56,751 bases of DNA, taken from a virus. Its lineage: Duplodnaviria; Heunggongvirae; Uroviricota; Caudoviricetes. The position numbers and the translations under genes were made by a program. How positions within the stretch are numbered: position 1 is the stretch's first letter; the number at the start of each line of letters is the position of its first letter. The stretch lies in IMG/VR virus record IMGVR_UViG_2778261162_000006, positions 1 through 56,751 of that record; one strand, given 5' to 3'. This document shows positions 9,588 to 18,809 of this stretch, in pieces. Under the pieces are notes generated by a model. It worked only from the letters and a program-made list of their open reading frames with translations. It was not told the DNA's origin and did not search any database.

Positions 9588-10076
9588 ATGAGTCTTTTGA
9601 ATGAAGTTCAGAAATACATTGAAGCCCATCCGGGGTGTACTTCCGGAGACATTGCGGATGCTTTTGCAGGTTACTCACGGCAGCGCGTTCTGCAGTCAGC
9701 AAGCAAGTTACGTCAGAGTGGGCGTGTGGCTCACCGTTGTGAAGGGGATACACGCAGACATTTCCCGCGCCTGACTGAGAGAGCGCAGGAGGCGGAACCG
9801 CAACCAGTTCGTGAAACCAGACCTGTGCGCAATTTCTATGTCGGCACTAACGACCCGCGGGAGATTTTGTGCCTGACCCGCCAGGCTGAAGAACTGGAGT
9901 CCAGGGGCTTATACCGTCGTGCTGCAACGGTGTGGATGGCGGCATTCCGTGAAAGCCACTCCCAGCCAGAACGAAACAATTTTCTGGCGCGTCGTGAGCA
10001 GTGTTTACGGAAAAGCAGCAAGCGCGCTGTATCGAGTGATGAGTGGTATCTGTCAGGGAATTACGTGGGGGCGTAA
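9588..10076 (+). CDS. PerC-family-like regulator (C-terminal domain)
   Basis: C-terminal AEELESRGLYRRAATVWMAAF matches the E-x-RGLYRRAA-x-W signature also present in the satellite gene at 52101..52388. Confidence 0.55.
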   Translation: MSLLNEVQKYIEAHPGCTSGDIADAFAGYSRQRVLQSASKLRQSGRVAHRCEGDTRRHFPRLTERAQEAEPQPVRETRPVRNFYVGTNDPREILCLTRQAEELESRGLYRRAATVWMAAFRESHSQPERNNFLARREQCLRKSSKRAVSSDEWYLSGNYVGA

Positions 10077-10402
10077 TGACGACGTTAACTCAATGCCAGC
10101 AGCAGGTGCTGGATATGCTGATTTCTTATCAGAAAGAGCGTGGTTTTCCGCCAACCAATCAGGAGGTGGCAACCATGCTGGGATACCGTTCAGTGAATGC
10201 AGCGGTAGAGCATCTTCGCGCACTGGAGAAAAAAGGCGTCATCACGATAAAGCGTGGCGTGGCCCGGGGGATAACGCTTCATACCGCGGTGAAGGACGAC
10301 GACAGCGAGGCGGTCGGGATTATCCGCGCACTGCTTGCCGGTGAGGAAAACGCAAGGCTGCGTGCAACCCACTGGTTACATGAGAGGGGCCTGAAAGTAT
10401 GA
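10076..10402 (+). CDS. LexA N-terminal DNA-binding domain protein (no peptidase domain)
   Basis: TAATG overlap start; QQQVLDMLISYQKERGFPPTNQEVATMLGYRSVNAAVEHLRALEKKGVI resembles the LexA winged helix. Confidence 0.65.
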   Translation: MTTLTQCQQQVLDMLISYQKERGFPPTNQEVATMLGYRSVNAAVEHLRALEKKGVITIKRGVARGITLHTAVKDDDSEAVGIIRALLAGEENARLRATHWLHERGLKV

Positions 10403-10788
10403 AGCTGATCCTGCCTTTTCCGCCCAGCGTGAACACGTACTGGCGACACCCCAACAAAGGGGCGTTTGCAGGTAAGAGCCTGATAAGCGCGGCGGGGCGC
10501 AAATTCCAGAGCGCGGCGTGTGCAGCAATAGTTGAGCAGTTACGTCGTCTGCCAAAACCAACGTCGGCACCTGCTTCAGTGGAGATCGTGTTGTTTCCTC
10601 CGGATAACCGGATCCGCGATCTGGACAACTATAACAAGGCGCTGTTTGACGCCCTGACCCACGCGGGTGTGTGGGAAGACGACAGCCAGGTGAAAAGAAT
10701 GCTGGTGGAGTGGGGACCGGTTATCCCGGAAGGGAAGGTCGAGATCACTATCAGTAAGTACGAGAAAACGGCGGGTGCAGCCGCCTGA
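10399..10788 (+). CDS. rusA: RusA Holliday-junction resolvase
   Basis: 129 aa; DLDNYNKALFDAL acidic motif typical of RusA. Confidence 0.85.
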   Translation: MKLILPFPPSVNTYWRHPNKGAFAGKSLISAAGRKFQSAACAAIVEQLRRLPKPTSAPASVEIVLFPPDNRIRDLDNYNKALFDALTHAGVWEDDSQVKRMLVEWGPVIPEGKVEITISKYEKTAGAAA

Positions 10789-10807
10789 TCAAGAGGAGAA
10801 ACGAAGT

Positions 10808-11617
10808 ATGAATAATCTGATGGTCATTGATGGTATTGAAGTTCGTCGTGATGCTTATGGGCGTTACAGCCTGAACGATCTGCACAGGGCAGCCGGGGGA
10901 GAACAAAAAAAACGCCCGAAATACTGGCTCTCCAATAAGCAAACCTGTGAATTGATTGAACAAATTTTCACCGAGGGTGGAATTCCGCCTCTGGAAAAGA
11001 ATCAACCAGTTAGCGTTATTAATGGCGGAAATAACCAGGGGACGTATGTCTGCAAAGAACTGGTGTATGCCTATGCAATGTGGATCAGCCCGTCATTCCA
11101 TCTGAAGGTGATCCGTACTTTCGATATGGTAACCAGCGCACCGGAAAAATTATCCGGACAGGCTGCTGACAAGATGCAGGCTGGCGTGATCCTGCTGGAC
11201 TTTATGCGCCGGGAGTTAAACCTGTCTAACTCTTCAGTGCTTGGTGCCTGTCAGAAACTCCAGGAGGCTGTTGGCTTACCGAATCTGGCACCGCGCTATG
11301 CCATTGATGCTCCTGCTGACGCGCCTGATGGCTCAAGCCGCCCCACGCTATCATTGAGTGCACTGCTGAAGCAGTATGGTATCCGCCTGACAGCTAATCA
11401 GGCATATCACCAGATGGCGAAGCTGGGGATCGTTGAACAACGTGAACGATACAGCCGCACTGCGATTAACAACATCAAAAAATTCTGGTCGCTGACGGCG
11501 AAAGGCTGCATGTTCGGCAAGAACATCACCAGTCCCGCAAATCCGCGCGAGACGCAGCCGCATTTCTTCGAATCCCGATTCCCTGAGCTGTTAAAGCTGC
11601 TCAATACCGTTCATTGA
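10808..11617 (+). CDS. KilA-N domain protein
   Basis: Internal ATG after AGGAG; N-terminal MNNLMVIDGIEVRRDAYGRYSLNDLHRAAG resembles KilA-N/APSES domain. Confidence 0.6.
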   Translation: MNNLMVIDGIEVRRDAYGRYSLNDLHRAAGGEQKKRPKYWLSNKQTCELIEQIFTEGGIPPLEKNQPVSVINGGNNQGTYVCKELVYAYAMWISPSFHLKVIRTFDMVTSAPEKLSGQAADKMQAGVILLDFMRRELNLSNSSVLGACQKLQEAVGLPNLAPRYAIDAPADAPDGSSRPTLSLSALLKQYGIRLTANQAYHQMAKLGIVEQRERYSRTAINNIKKFWSLTAKGCMFGKNITSPANPRETQPHFFESRFPELLKLLNTVH

Positions 11618-11618
11618 G

Positions 11619-12614
11619 GTGACCGTGAGAGCACTACTGACCCCTGAAATTGCCCCGCGTATGGGGATCGTATTGTTCAGACCAGGTTCAGAGCTGATGC
11701 CCTTGTTTATGCAGGGGCGTGTCTTGCTGGAGCCTGAGCCGGAGCATTATTCATCTTTCGCCAGTGGTGCCGTTCCCGCGGCGTCACAACCGCTGGCGGA
11801 TGATCCTGCCGTTCGGGCCGTGTTCCGCAATGAGGCAGTGATCCGTCGTGCTGGTGGCGTGGAATGTCTTGAAAGCTGGTTACTTCGTGAAAAAGGCTGC
11901 CAGTGGCCTCATTCCGACTGGCACAGCGAGAACATGACCACAATGCGACACGCTCCGGGTGCAATCCGTCTGTGCTGGCACTGCGATAACCAGCTGCGCG
12001 ATCAGTTCACGGAACGGCTGGAATCAATGGCAACGGATAACTGTGCCCGCTGGGTGTTGTCTGTTGTGCGTCGGGATCTCGGTTTTGATGACAGTCACGT
12101 TGTGACAATGCCGGAACTGTGCTGGTGGCTGATTCGTAATGACCTGGCGGATGCCTTACCGGAAAGTGCAGCCCGTAAGGCACTGAGATTACCGAAGCCT
12201 GTTGTGCCGTCTGTCACCCGGGAAAGTGACCTTGTGCCTTCGGTTCCTGCCACCAGCATCATCCAGGATAAGGCGAAAAAGGTGCTGGCGCTGAAAGTGG
12301 ATCCGGAGTCGCCGGAGTCTTTTATGTTACGCCCAAAACGTCGCCGCTGGGTTAATGAAAAGTACACGCGCTGGGTTAAGACACAGCCGTGTGCATGTTG
12401 TGGAAAGCCCGCTGATGATCCCCACCACCTGATAGGTTACGGTCAGGGTGGAATGGGAACAAAAGCGCATGACCTTTTTGTGTTGCCTTTGTGCAGAAAG
12501 CATCACGACGAGCTGCATGCGGATACCGTGGCATTTGAAGAAAAGTATGGCTCCCAGCTGGAGCTGATATTTCGTTTTATCGATCGCGCGCTGGCAATTG
12601 GCGTGCTGGCCTGA
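11619..12614 (+). CDS. DUF968-like protein with HNH-like Cys/His C-terminus
   Basis: GTG start overlapping upstream stop; C-terminal CACCGKPADDPHHL...CRKHHDELH motif. Confidence 0.6.
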   Translation: MTVRALLTPEIAPRMGIVLFRPGSELMPLFMQGRVLLEPEPEHYSSFASGAVPAASQPLADDPAVRAVFRNEAVIRRAGGVECLESWLLREKGCQWPHSDWHSENMTTMRHAPGAIRLCWHCDNQLRDQFTERLESMATDNCARWVLSVVRRDLGFDDSHVVTMPELCWWLIRNDLADALPESAARKALRLPKPVVPSVTRESDLVPSVPATSIIQDKAKKVLALKVDPESPESFMLRPKRRRWVNEKYTRWVKTQPCACCGKPADDPHHLIGYGQGGMGTKAHDLFVLPLCRKHHDELHADTVAFEEKYGSQLELIFRFIDRALAIGVLA

Positions 12615-12632
12615 TTTTTTCGGAGAAAGGTG

Positions 12633-12995
12633 ATGCGTGATATTCAGATGGTTCTGGATCGTTGGGGAGCATGGGCGGCGAGTGATAGTTCAGGAGTAGA
12701 TTATTCTCCTATAGCTGCTGGGTTTAAAGGGCTTCTTCCCTATACAAGCAAAACACGTCAGGCTTGTTCAGATAGTGATGCATTAATTATTGAAGGTTGT
12801 CTTGCACGTCTAAAGCAAAAAAGACCTGATGAGCATTCGCTTCTTGTGGCACATTATTTATACAGAATATCCAAGCGTAAGATTGCAAAGGCGCGTGGAA
12901 AGGATGAGAAACTAATACGCATTGAGATACAGATGGCTGAGGGGTTTATTGATGGATGCCTTTCAATTCTGGATGTTAAACTTGAAATGGATTAG
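12633..12995 (+). CDS. Late-gene antiterminator Q
   Basis: ~120 aa; position upstream of late region; ATG after GGAGAAAGG. Confidence 0.7.
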   Translation: MRDIQMVLDRWGAWAASDSSGVDYSPIAAGFKGLLPYTSKTRQACSDSDALIIEGCLARLKQKRPDEHSLLVAHYLYRISKRKIAKARGKDEKLIRIEIQMAEGFIDGCLSILDVKLEMD

Positions 12996-13007
12996 TGAAA
13001 CCCCGGC

Positions 13008-13883
13008 TTAAGCCGGGGATGTTTCAGATTGAAGTGTTTTTTTCTTGGGCTCGTTCTTAGATGATTTTGTTTTCTTTTGACGATTGAGTTTTTTCTCTTT
13101 GCGTCTGTCAATATAATCGTCCCACCAATCAGGTTTTACTGTTGGGACGATTCTGCAAATATCAGCAATTGCAACAACAATGTTGCTCGATTGCACTCCA
13201 TCGACGTGCTCTGCCAGTGAGGGAGGAACTTGTTGGTTCATTGGATCGAGGATAAAATCCACACCCTTTATACGGGCATGTTTAGCGGCAGGAACGAAAT
13301 CAGCATCGCCAGCAATCAGGACGATCACATCAACTAGTTTCTCATGAGCAAGGATAGTTATATCCATACCAAGCTTAATATCGACGGCTTTTTGTTTATA
13401 TTCGTAGTAGAAATCGTCGTTAGTTAACTCAGACCATTGAATTTCATTACGTAATAGTTTCTTAAGAGTATGTTCTTTTATTTGCCAGTTACCGACGTTT
13501 GAAAGAATACCCATACGAAGTGCCGTTTTACGATTCTTCCTTAGCTCCTCATGAAGCTTGTTTCGTAAAACATTCGGAGCATGTGTCTTGAAGTTTTTAG
13601 TTGATGGGGTTTTGTTGTCTCCATCAGGCAAAGGATACTTAATCTGTTTATCAAGCGGCGGGCAGTCGTAATAGTAAATACGGTAAAGCTCAAGTGGTTC
13701 ACGGTCAGCGTGAGCACCATGTGGAACCTCTACATGAAATTTAACAATTCGCCAGATTATTTTAACAAGTTGTTGGCTGTCTAACTCATGCCCAGGGAAA
13801 TGTTTTCGTAGAAAGTAATCAATCCGACGGATGAAGTAGCCGCCGTCAATCAAGACTGCTGTTTTCTTCATTGAAAAACTCAC
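13008..13883 (-). CDS. NYN/PIN-like domain protein with Lys-rich C-terminal tail
   Basis: VIVLIAGDADFVPAAKHARIKG acidic motif typical of NYN/LabA-like nucleases; opposite orientation to flanking late genes. Confidence 0.65.
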   Translation of the reverse strand: MSFSMKKTAVLIDGGYFIRRIDYFLRKHFPGHELDSQQLVKIIWRIVKFHVEVPHGAHADREPLELYRIYYYDCPPLDKQIKYPLPDGDNKTPSTKNFKTHAPNVLRNKLHEELRKNRKTALRMGILSNVGNWQIKEHTLKKLLRNEIQWSELTNDDFYYEYKQKAVDIKLGMDITILAHEKLVDVIVLIAGDADFVPAAKHARIKGVDFILDPMNQQVPPSLAEHVDGVQSSNIVVAIADICRIVPTVKPDWWDDYIDRRKEKKLNRQKKTKSSKNEPKKKTLQSETSPA

Positions 13884-13962
13884 AAAAAAAGCTCAGAACC
13901 GTTGAGTAGACCCTAAATATTATCTACGAACAGTGCTGAGCTGGTGACGCAATAATTAACTA

Positions 13963-14060
13963 TTGACATTTGCGTTGTCAACAAATTTTGCACTGTTTAA
14001 ATGTAAATTTTTTCTGCTGTCAACATATAGTGTCATCTTTGGCATGTTGACACTATATAA
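13963..14060. promoter_or_regulatory. Dyad-symmetry elements with TTGACA motifs (divergent promoter/operator region)
   Basis: TTGACAtttgcgtTGTCAA; TGTCAACAtatagtgtca ... TGTTGACActatata. Confidence 0.5.
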
Positions 14061-14247
14061 ACGCTTACGCGGTCCGCAAAAATAATTGTATCATGTTAAG
14101 AGTGGTTACTTCGACTCCTTCCTTAAAACCGCAGTTGAGCGGTTTTTTTGTACCTGTAAACCTGGTGCAGTACAGTAAACACGCTGGTGGTCGTGAATAC
14201 TGGCTTTTTATCTTGCTGGCTTTTTAGACAAGAGTTATTGGTATGTC

Positions 14248-14475
14248 ATGTTAACCAGAAGGGAAAAAGACATGCTAAAACAGCAAGATATGACAGAAAC
14301 CGCCGCCGTAGTCCTTCATTTCCTACCTGCTGACAAGTGGGTAACGCCACGCATGATGACGAGAACTACCGGAGTAAGCGAAGCCCGGTGCCAGTTAATA
14401 CTGACTCAGTTAGTTCTGGCGGGTCTGGCGAAGGATAACGGCGGGTACGGGAATAAATTCAGACGCTGCCAGTAA
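14248..14475 (+). CDS. Small hypothetical protein (possible DNA-binding regulator)
   Basis: ORF; alternative ATG at 14272 has AAGGGA RBS; helix-like segment TPRMMTRTTGVSEARCQLILTQL. Confidence 0.5.
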   Translation: MLTRREKDMLKQQDMTETAAVVLHFLPADKWVTPRMMTRTTGVSEARCQLILTQLVLAGLAKDNGGYGNKFRRCQ

Positions 14476-14625
14476 TGGCGGTTTCCTGCTGTGAAAATGG
14501 GCGGCTGGTGGGTGTTGGTAGCACCTGCCAGCCATTCGCTCATGCTTACTGGTCACAAGCGAACCACGGCCCACTGCTTTAGCGCAAAAGCAGAGTGAGC
14601 CTACCAGAGTTACGCTTACTGATCC

Positions 14626-15678
14626 ATGAAAAATACTGTAAAAATAAACAGTGTTGATTTAATCAACGCTGATTGCCTGCATTTTATTCAGTCCCTGCCT
14701 GATGATTCCATTGACCTGATTGTTACCGATCCGCCGTACTTCAAGGTGAAACCCAACGGCTGGGACAATCAGTGGAAAGGGGACGAAGATTACCTTAAGT
14801 GGCTGGACCACTGTCTGGCCCAGTTCTGGCGGGTGTTAAAACCTGCCGGAAGCCTTTACCTGTTCTGTGGGCATCGCCTGGCATCTGATATTGAGATCAT
14901 GATGCGTGAACGTTTCAACGTGCTTAACCATATCATCTGGGCGAAGCCGTCCGGACGTTGGAATGGGTGTAATAAAGAAAGTCTGCGCGCATATTTTCCT
15001 GCCACAGAGCGCGTTCTGTTTGCTGAACATTACCAGGGGCCATATCGCGGCAAAAGTGACGGCTATGCGGCAAAAGAAAGGGAACTCAAACAGCACATAA
15101 TGGCACCGCTGATATCGTATTTCAGGGATGCTCGTGCCGAACTGGGTATAACGGCAAAACAAATTGCCGAAGCCACAGGTAAGAAAAATATGGTTTCCCA
15201 CTGGTTTGGTGCCAGTCAGTGGCAGTTGCCGAATGAGGCTGACTATCGGAAGTTACAGGCACTGTTTTCCCGTATAGCGGCAGAGAAGTTTCAGGAACAA
15301 CAACTGGAACAACCACACCACCAGCTGGTGGCATCTTATGATTCACTGAATCGCAAATATTCTGAATTGCTGGATGAGTTTAAATCTCTCCGGCGCTATT
15401 TCTCCGTATCAGTCTCCGTGCCTTATACCGATGTCTGGACGCATAAGCCCGTTCAGTTCTACCCGGGTAAACATCCGTGCGAGAAACCGGCGGATATGCT
15501 CCGGCAAATAATCAATGCCAGTAGTCGACCTGGTGATCTGGTTGCTGATTTCTTTATGGGATCCGGTTCCACAATAAAAGCAGCAATGGCGCTGGGGCGT
15601 CGGGCGTTAGGTGTTGAACTTGAGTCAGAGCGGTTTAATCAGACGGTGAAAGAGGTAAGTGAACTGGTGGGGAAATAA
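14626..15678 (+). CDS. DNA methyltransferase, beta-class amino-MTase (likely N6-adenine)
   Basis: Motif IV DPPY (TDPPYF) near N-terminus and motif I FFMGSGST near C-terminus. Confidence 0.85.
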   Translation: MKNTVKINSVDLINADCLHFIQSLPDDSIDLIVTDPPYFKVKPNGWDNQWKGDEDYLKWLDHCLAQFWRVLKPAGSLYLFCGHRLASDIEIMMRERFNVLNHIIWAKPSGRWNGCNKESLRAYFPATERVLFAEHYQGPYRGKSDGYAAKERELKQHIMAPLISYFRDARAELGITAKQIAEATGKKNMVSHWFGASQWQLPNEADYRKLQALFSRIAAEKFQEQQLEQPHHQLVASYDSLNRKYSELLDEFKSLRRYFSVSVSVPYTDVWTHKPVQFYPGKHPCEKPADMLRQIINASSRPGDLVADFFMGSGSTIKAAMALGRRALGVELESERFNQTVKEVSELVGK

Positions 15679-15754
15679 TTCTGGTGGCCACGTTGCGTGG
15701 CCTTTTTATTTCCAACACAGCACCCGCAAATATCGCGAGGTGAGAGATGACGAA

Positions 15755-16081
15755 ATGCCTCATAACCCAAATACCTGGCTGGACTTGGTCCAGAGCTGGT
15801 GGCGTGGAGACACACCGCTGGGTGCAGTGATTATGTCGATCGTTATGGCTGGTTTGCGCATCGCCTATTTTGGCGGTGGTGGTGGCTGGAAGCGAAAAAC
15901 GCTCGAAATTCTACTCTGTGGCGCTCTGACGCTGACTTTTGCATCCGCTCTTGAGTATGTCGGATGGCCTAAATCACTTTCTGTTGCCATTGGTGGTGGG
16001 GTGGGGCTGATCGGTGTCGATGCTATTCGTGGGGCTGCAATGCGAGTAATCGGTAACAAATTTGGTGGCTCTAAGGAGTAA
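15755..16081 (+). CDS. Holin
   Basis: ~108 aa from internal ATG; hydrophobic TM segments; directly upstream of endolysin. Confidence 0.7.
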   Translation: MPHNPNTWLDLVQSWWRGDTPLGAVIMSIVMAGLRIAYFGGGGGWKRKTLEILLCGALTLTFASALEYVGWPKSLSVAIGGGVGLIGVDAIRGAAMRVIGNKFGGSKE

Positions 16082-16084
16082 TTT

Positions 16085-16561
16085 ATGCAGGTACTAAATT
16101 CCCAGCGTAAAGCTTTCCTTGATATGGTGGCTTGGTCAGAAGGAACGGATAACGGACGACAACCGACACGTAACCACGGTTATGACGTTATTGTCGGTGG
16201 TGAACTCTTCACTGATTACTCCGATCACCCTCGCAAACTTGTCACGCTAAACCCGAAACTCAAGTCAACAGCCGCCGGACGTTACCAGCTTCTTTCACGC
16301 TGGTGGGATGCTTACCGTAAACAGCTTGGCCTGAAAGATTTTTCTCCAGAAAGCCAGGACGCTGTAGCTCTGCAGCAGATTAAAGAGCGTGGCGCTTTAC
16401 CGATGATTGACCGTGGCAATATTCGTCAGGCAATCGACCGTTGCAGCAATATTTGGGCTTCATTGCCCGGTGCTGGCTACGGTCAGTATGAACACAAGAT
16501 CGATAGTCTGATTGCCAAATTCAAAGAAGCTGGCGGGGTGGTTAATGAAACTTCGCTATAA
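16085..16561 (+). CDS. Endolysin, lambda R-like lytic transglycosylase
   Basis: Near-identity over most of its length to recalled lambda R sequence (QRKAFLDM...AWSEGTDNGRQ...YDVIVGGELFTDYSDHPRK). Confidence 0.9.
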   Translation: MQVLNSQRKAFLDMVAWSEGTDNGRQPTRNHGYDVIVGGELFTDYSDHPRKLVTLNPKLKSTAAGRYQLLSRWWDAYRKQLGLKDFSPESQDAVALQQIKERGALPMIDRGNIRQAIDRCSNIWASLPGAGYGQYEHKIDSLIAKFKEAGGVVNETSL

Positions 16562-16937
16562 GCTGGTTATTTCTGCTTTCCTCCTGACTTTATTCGGTTC
16601 TCTCGTCTGGTCAGCTAACCACTACCACAGCAAATACCAGCGCGAAAAGAAACGTGCTGATGAGGCTGTACAAAATGCCGAATCGGCAACCGCTATTACC
16701 AATAACGTCCTGCAATCACTGCAAATCGTCAATACAGTTCTGGAGGCTAACCAGCATGCAAAACAGCAGATCGCACTGGAGTCACAGAGAACCCAGGCTG
16801 ATATCAAAGTGGCTGTTGCGGATGATGATTGTGCTGTACGCCCTGTGCCTGCTGCCGCTGCTGACCGGTTGCGGAAGTACGCGAACAGTTTACGTGAGCA
16901 TTCCGAAGACTCCACTACCAGTCAGCTTGACTTCTGA
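16545..16937 (+). CDS. Rz-like i-spanin
   Basis: N-terminal TM helix then coiled-coil-like periplasmic domain; overlaps endolysin 3' end. Confidence 0.7.
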   Translation: MKLRYKLVISAFLLTLFGSLVWSANHYHSKYQREKKRADEAVQNAESATAITNNVLQSLQIVNTVLEANQHAKQQIALESQRTQADIKVAVADDDCAVRPVPAAAADRLRKYANSLREHSEDSTTSQLDF

Positions 16938-17070
16938 TACACCTGTACCGTTTATACCCAACCCACTGACGTATGGTGCAAGTCTTGATTTGAATGTAAG
17001 TTTGTTATCCGCGTTGGCTCAATGTAATAGGGATAAGTCAGATATCAGAATCATTGATAATCAAAATTGA
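16822..17070 (+). CDS. Rz1-like o-spanin lipoprotein
   Basis: Alternate frame within and extending beyond Rz; lipobox LLTGC; Pro-rich mature part. Confidence 0.7.
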   Translation: MMIVLYALCLLPLLTGCGSTRTVYVSIPKTPLPVSLTSDTPVPFIPNPLTYGASLDLNVSLLSALAQCNRDKSDIRIIDNQN

Positions 17071-17274
17071 TGTATATTTTTATCGTCATGTAGATAACGA
17101 ACAAGGTATTCCTCTGATACGTATTCGTTGAATACAGGTCATGGGTAGGCATTGCAATATCGCTTCGAAATTATCTGTGATAATGCTCTTAATTTTGAAT
17201 GTATGTATTTGGGAAAAGAGATAAAGTAATAGTCTAATTAATGGAGATATCCACAAAACACAAAAGGGACTATT

Positions 17275-17781
17275 ATGAGACCAGATCAATTTTTCTATCC
17301 AGATACTTTTACCTTTAATTCATCCACCTATTATGGTCAACGTGACTCATCTAAAGGCCGATTGTATATTCCTATTGAAAGTGACTTATGCCCATTTAAT
17401 ATCGGCGATATCATTGTGCAAAAAATGGTCGACAGGGAAAGACTATTTGAAGTGCTTGATTACGAGGTGCAAATTAGTCTCGAGGTTGGTTGCCCTGGCT
17501 ACTCACATTTGGCGGTATTGATAGTGAAGGCATTGGATGTAAAAGAGAAGCCGAAGCAGATTACGACCCATTTGACGTTTAACGGTGCTATTAATGCTGG
17601 TGGTGATTTTCAAGCCGGTAATGATAATTCGATCACAAAGAATATAACCATTCAACAACTACATGATGCTATAGAGCATTGCAATGATCCAGAGGTTAAA
17701 AGCCTTTGGCAAAAGCTATTGGAAAATCCGACGTTTGCTTCAATTGCTTCAATATTGGCAAAAAGTGCTTTAGGACAGTAA
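17275..17781 (+). CDS. Hypothetical protein (168 aa), AT-rich moron between lysis and packaging genes
   Basis: ORF in AT-rich segment 17040..17800; no recognisable motifs. Confidence 0.55.
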   Translation: MRPDQFFYPDTFTFNSSTYYGQRDSSKGRLYIPIESDLCPFNIGDIIVQKMVDRERLFEVLDYEVQISLEVGCPGYSHLAVLIVKALDVKEKPKQITTHLTFNGAINAGGDFQAGNDNSITKNITIQQLHDAIEHCNDPEVKSLWQKLLENPTFASIASILAKSALGQ

Positions 17782-17838
17782 TTCATCAAGCCCCATTCAA
17801 TATGGGGTTTTTATGCTTATTACAAAGAGTTTTCTTCA

Positions 17839-18189
17839 ATGCCACCACGAATCCCAAAATCCTGCCGCGTTCGCGGCTGCCGCCATACCACTACTGACCC
17901 GTCAGGCTACTGCGAAAGCCACAAAAGCGAAGGCTGGAAGCAATACAAGCCAGGACAATCCCGTCATCAGCGCGGCTACGGTTCGAAATGGGATGCTATC
18001 CGTGAACGTGTACTGAAACGTGACAAAGGTTTATGTCAGTTATGTCTGCGTGCCGGTGTGGTGCGTGAAGCGAAAACCGTTGACCACATCATCCCTAAAG
18101 CGCATGGCGGCACTGATGCCGACTGTAATCTGCAGAGTCTGTGCTGGCCGTGTCATAAGGCGAAGACGGCCCGTGAACGGTTGAAGTGA
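17839..18189 (+). CDS. HNH endonuclease
   Basis: Cys pairs and DHIIPKAHGG...CHKAK motif; immediately upstream of terminase. Confidence 0.85.
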   Translation: MPPRIPKSCRVRGCRHTTTDPSGYCESHKSEGWKQYKPGQSRHQRGYGSKWDAIRERVLKRDKGLCQLCLRAGVVREAKTVDHIIPKAHGGTDADCNLQSLCWPCHKAKTARERLK

Positions 18190-18314
18190 TAATGATTCTC
18201 AACTTCCTGAGGGGAGGGGCGGGTCAAATCCCTGCGGCCTGACGTCTTCCGGACTGCCCGCCCCATCGTTTTTTTATACCCGCGAAAAATGAAATTTAAC
18301 CAGGAGTGCCGCAT

Positions 18315-18809
18315 ATGGCTGGAACGGCGGGGCGTTCCGGGCGTCGCCCCAAGCCAACGGCGCGCAAGGCGCTGGCCGGAAACCCCGGCAAGCGAGCCCT
18401 GAATAAAGATGAACCTGTTTTTACGCCCATCAAAGGTGTTGAGCCACCGGAGTGGTTCGCAGAAGAAGATCTCCCTCTCGCCACGATCATGTGGCAACTG
18501 ACAACCAAAGAACTCTGCGGTCAGGGCCTGCTGTGCGTGACTGACCTGGCGGTACTTGAGCGGTGGTGCGTGGCCTATGAGTTCTGGCGACGTGCCGTGA
18601 AAAATATTGCCAGACAGGGCAACACCATCACCGGTGCAATGGGCGGTATGGTCAAAAATCCTGAGCTGACCGCCAAAAAAGAACAGGAGTCCGAGATGAG
18701 CAGTACGGGGGCAATGCTCGGACTCGACCCCAGCAGCCGCCAGCGTCTGATTGGCCTGGCGGGGCAGAAGAAAGCCACTAACCCGTTTCTGAAAATTATC
18801 GAATCATGA
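18315..18809 (+). CDS. Terminase small subunit
   Basis: Position upstream of the large terminase; ATG after CAGGAG. Confidence 0.7.
   Translation: MAGTAGRSGRRPKPTARKALAGNPGKRALNKDEPVFTPIKGVEPPEWFAEEDLPLATIMWQLTTKELCGQGLLCVTDLAVLERWCVAYEFWRRAVKNIARQGNTITGAMGGMVKNPELTAKKEQESEMSSTGAMLGLDPSSRQRLIGLAGQKKATNPFLKIIES

Noticed and set aside
14480-14625. Possible tRNA or structured RNA between the small ORF and the methyltransferase
   Set aside because: Hairpins exist (CACTGCTTT...AAAGCAGAGTG) but no cloverleaf, no GTTC T-loop and no acceptor stem/CCA arrangement.
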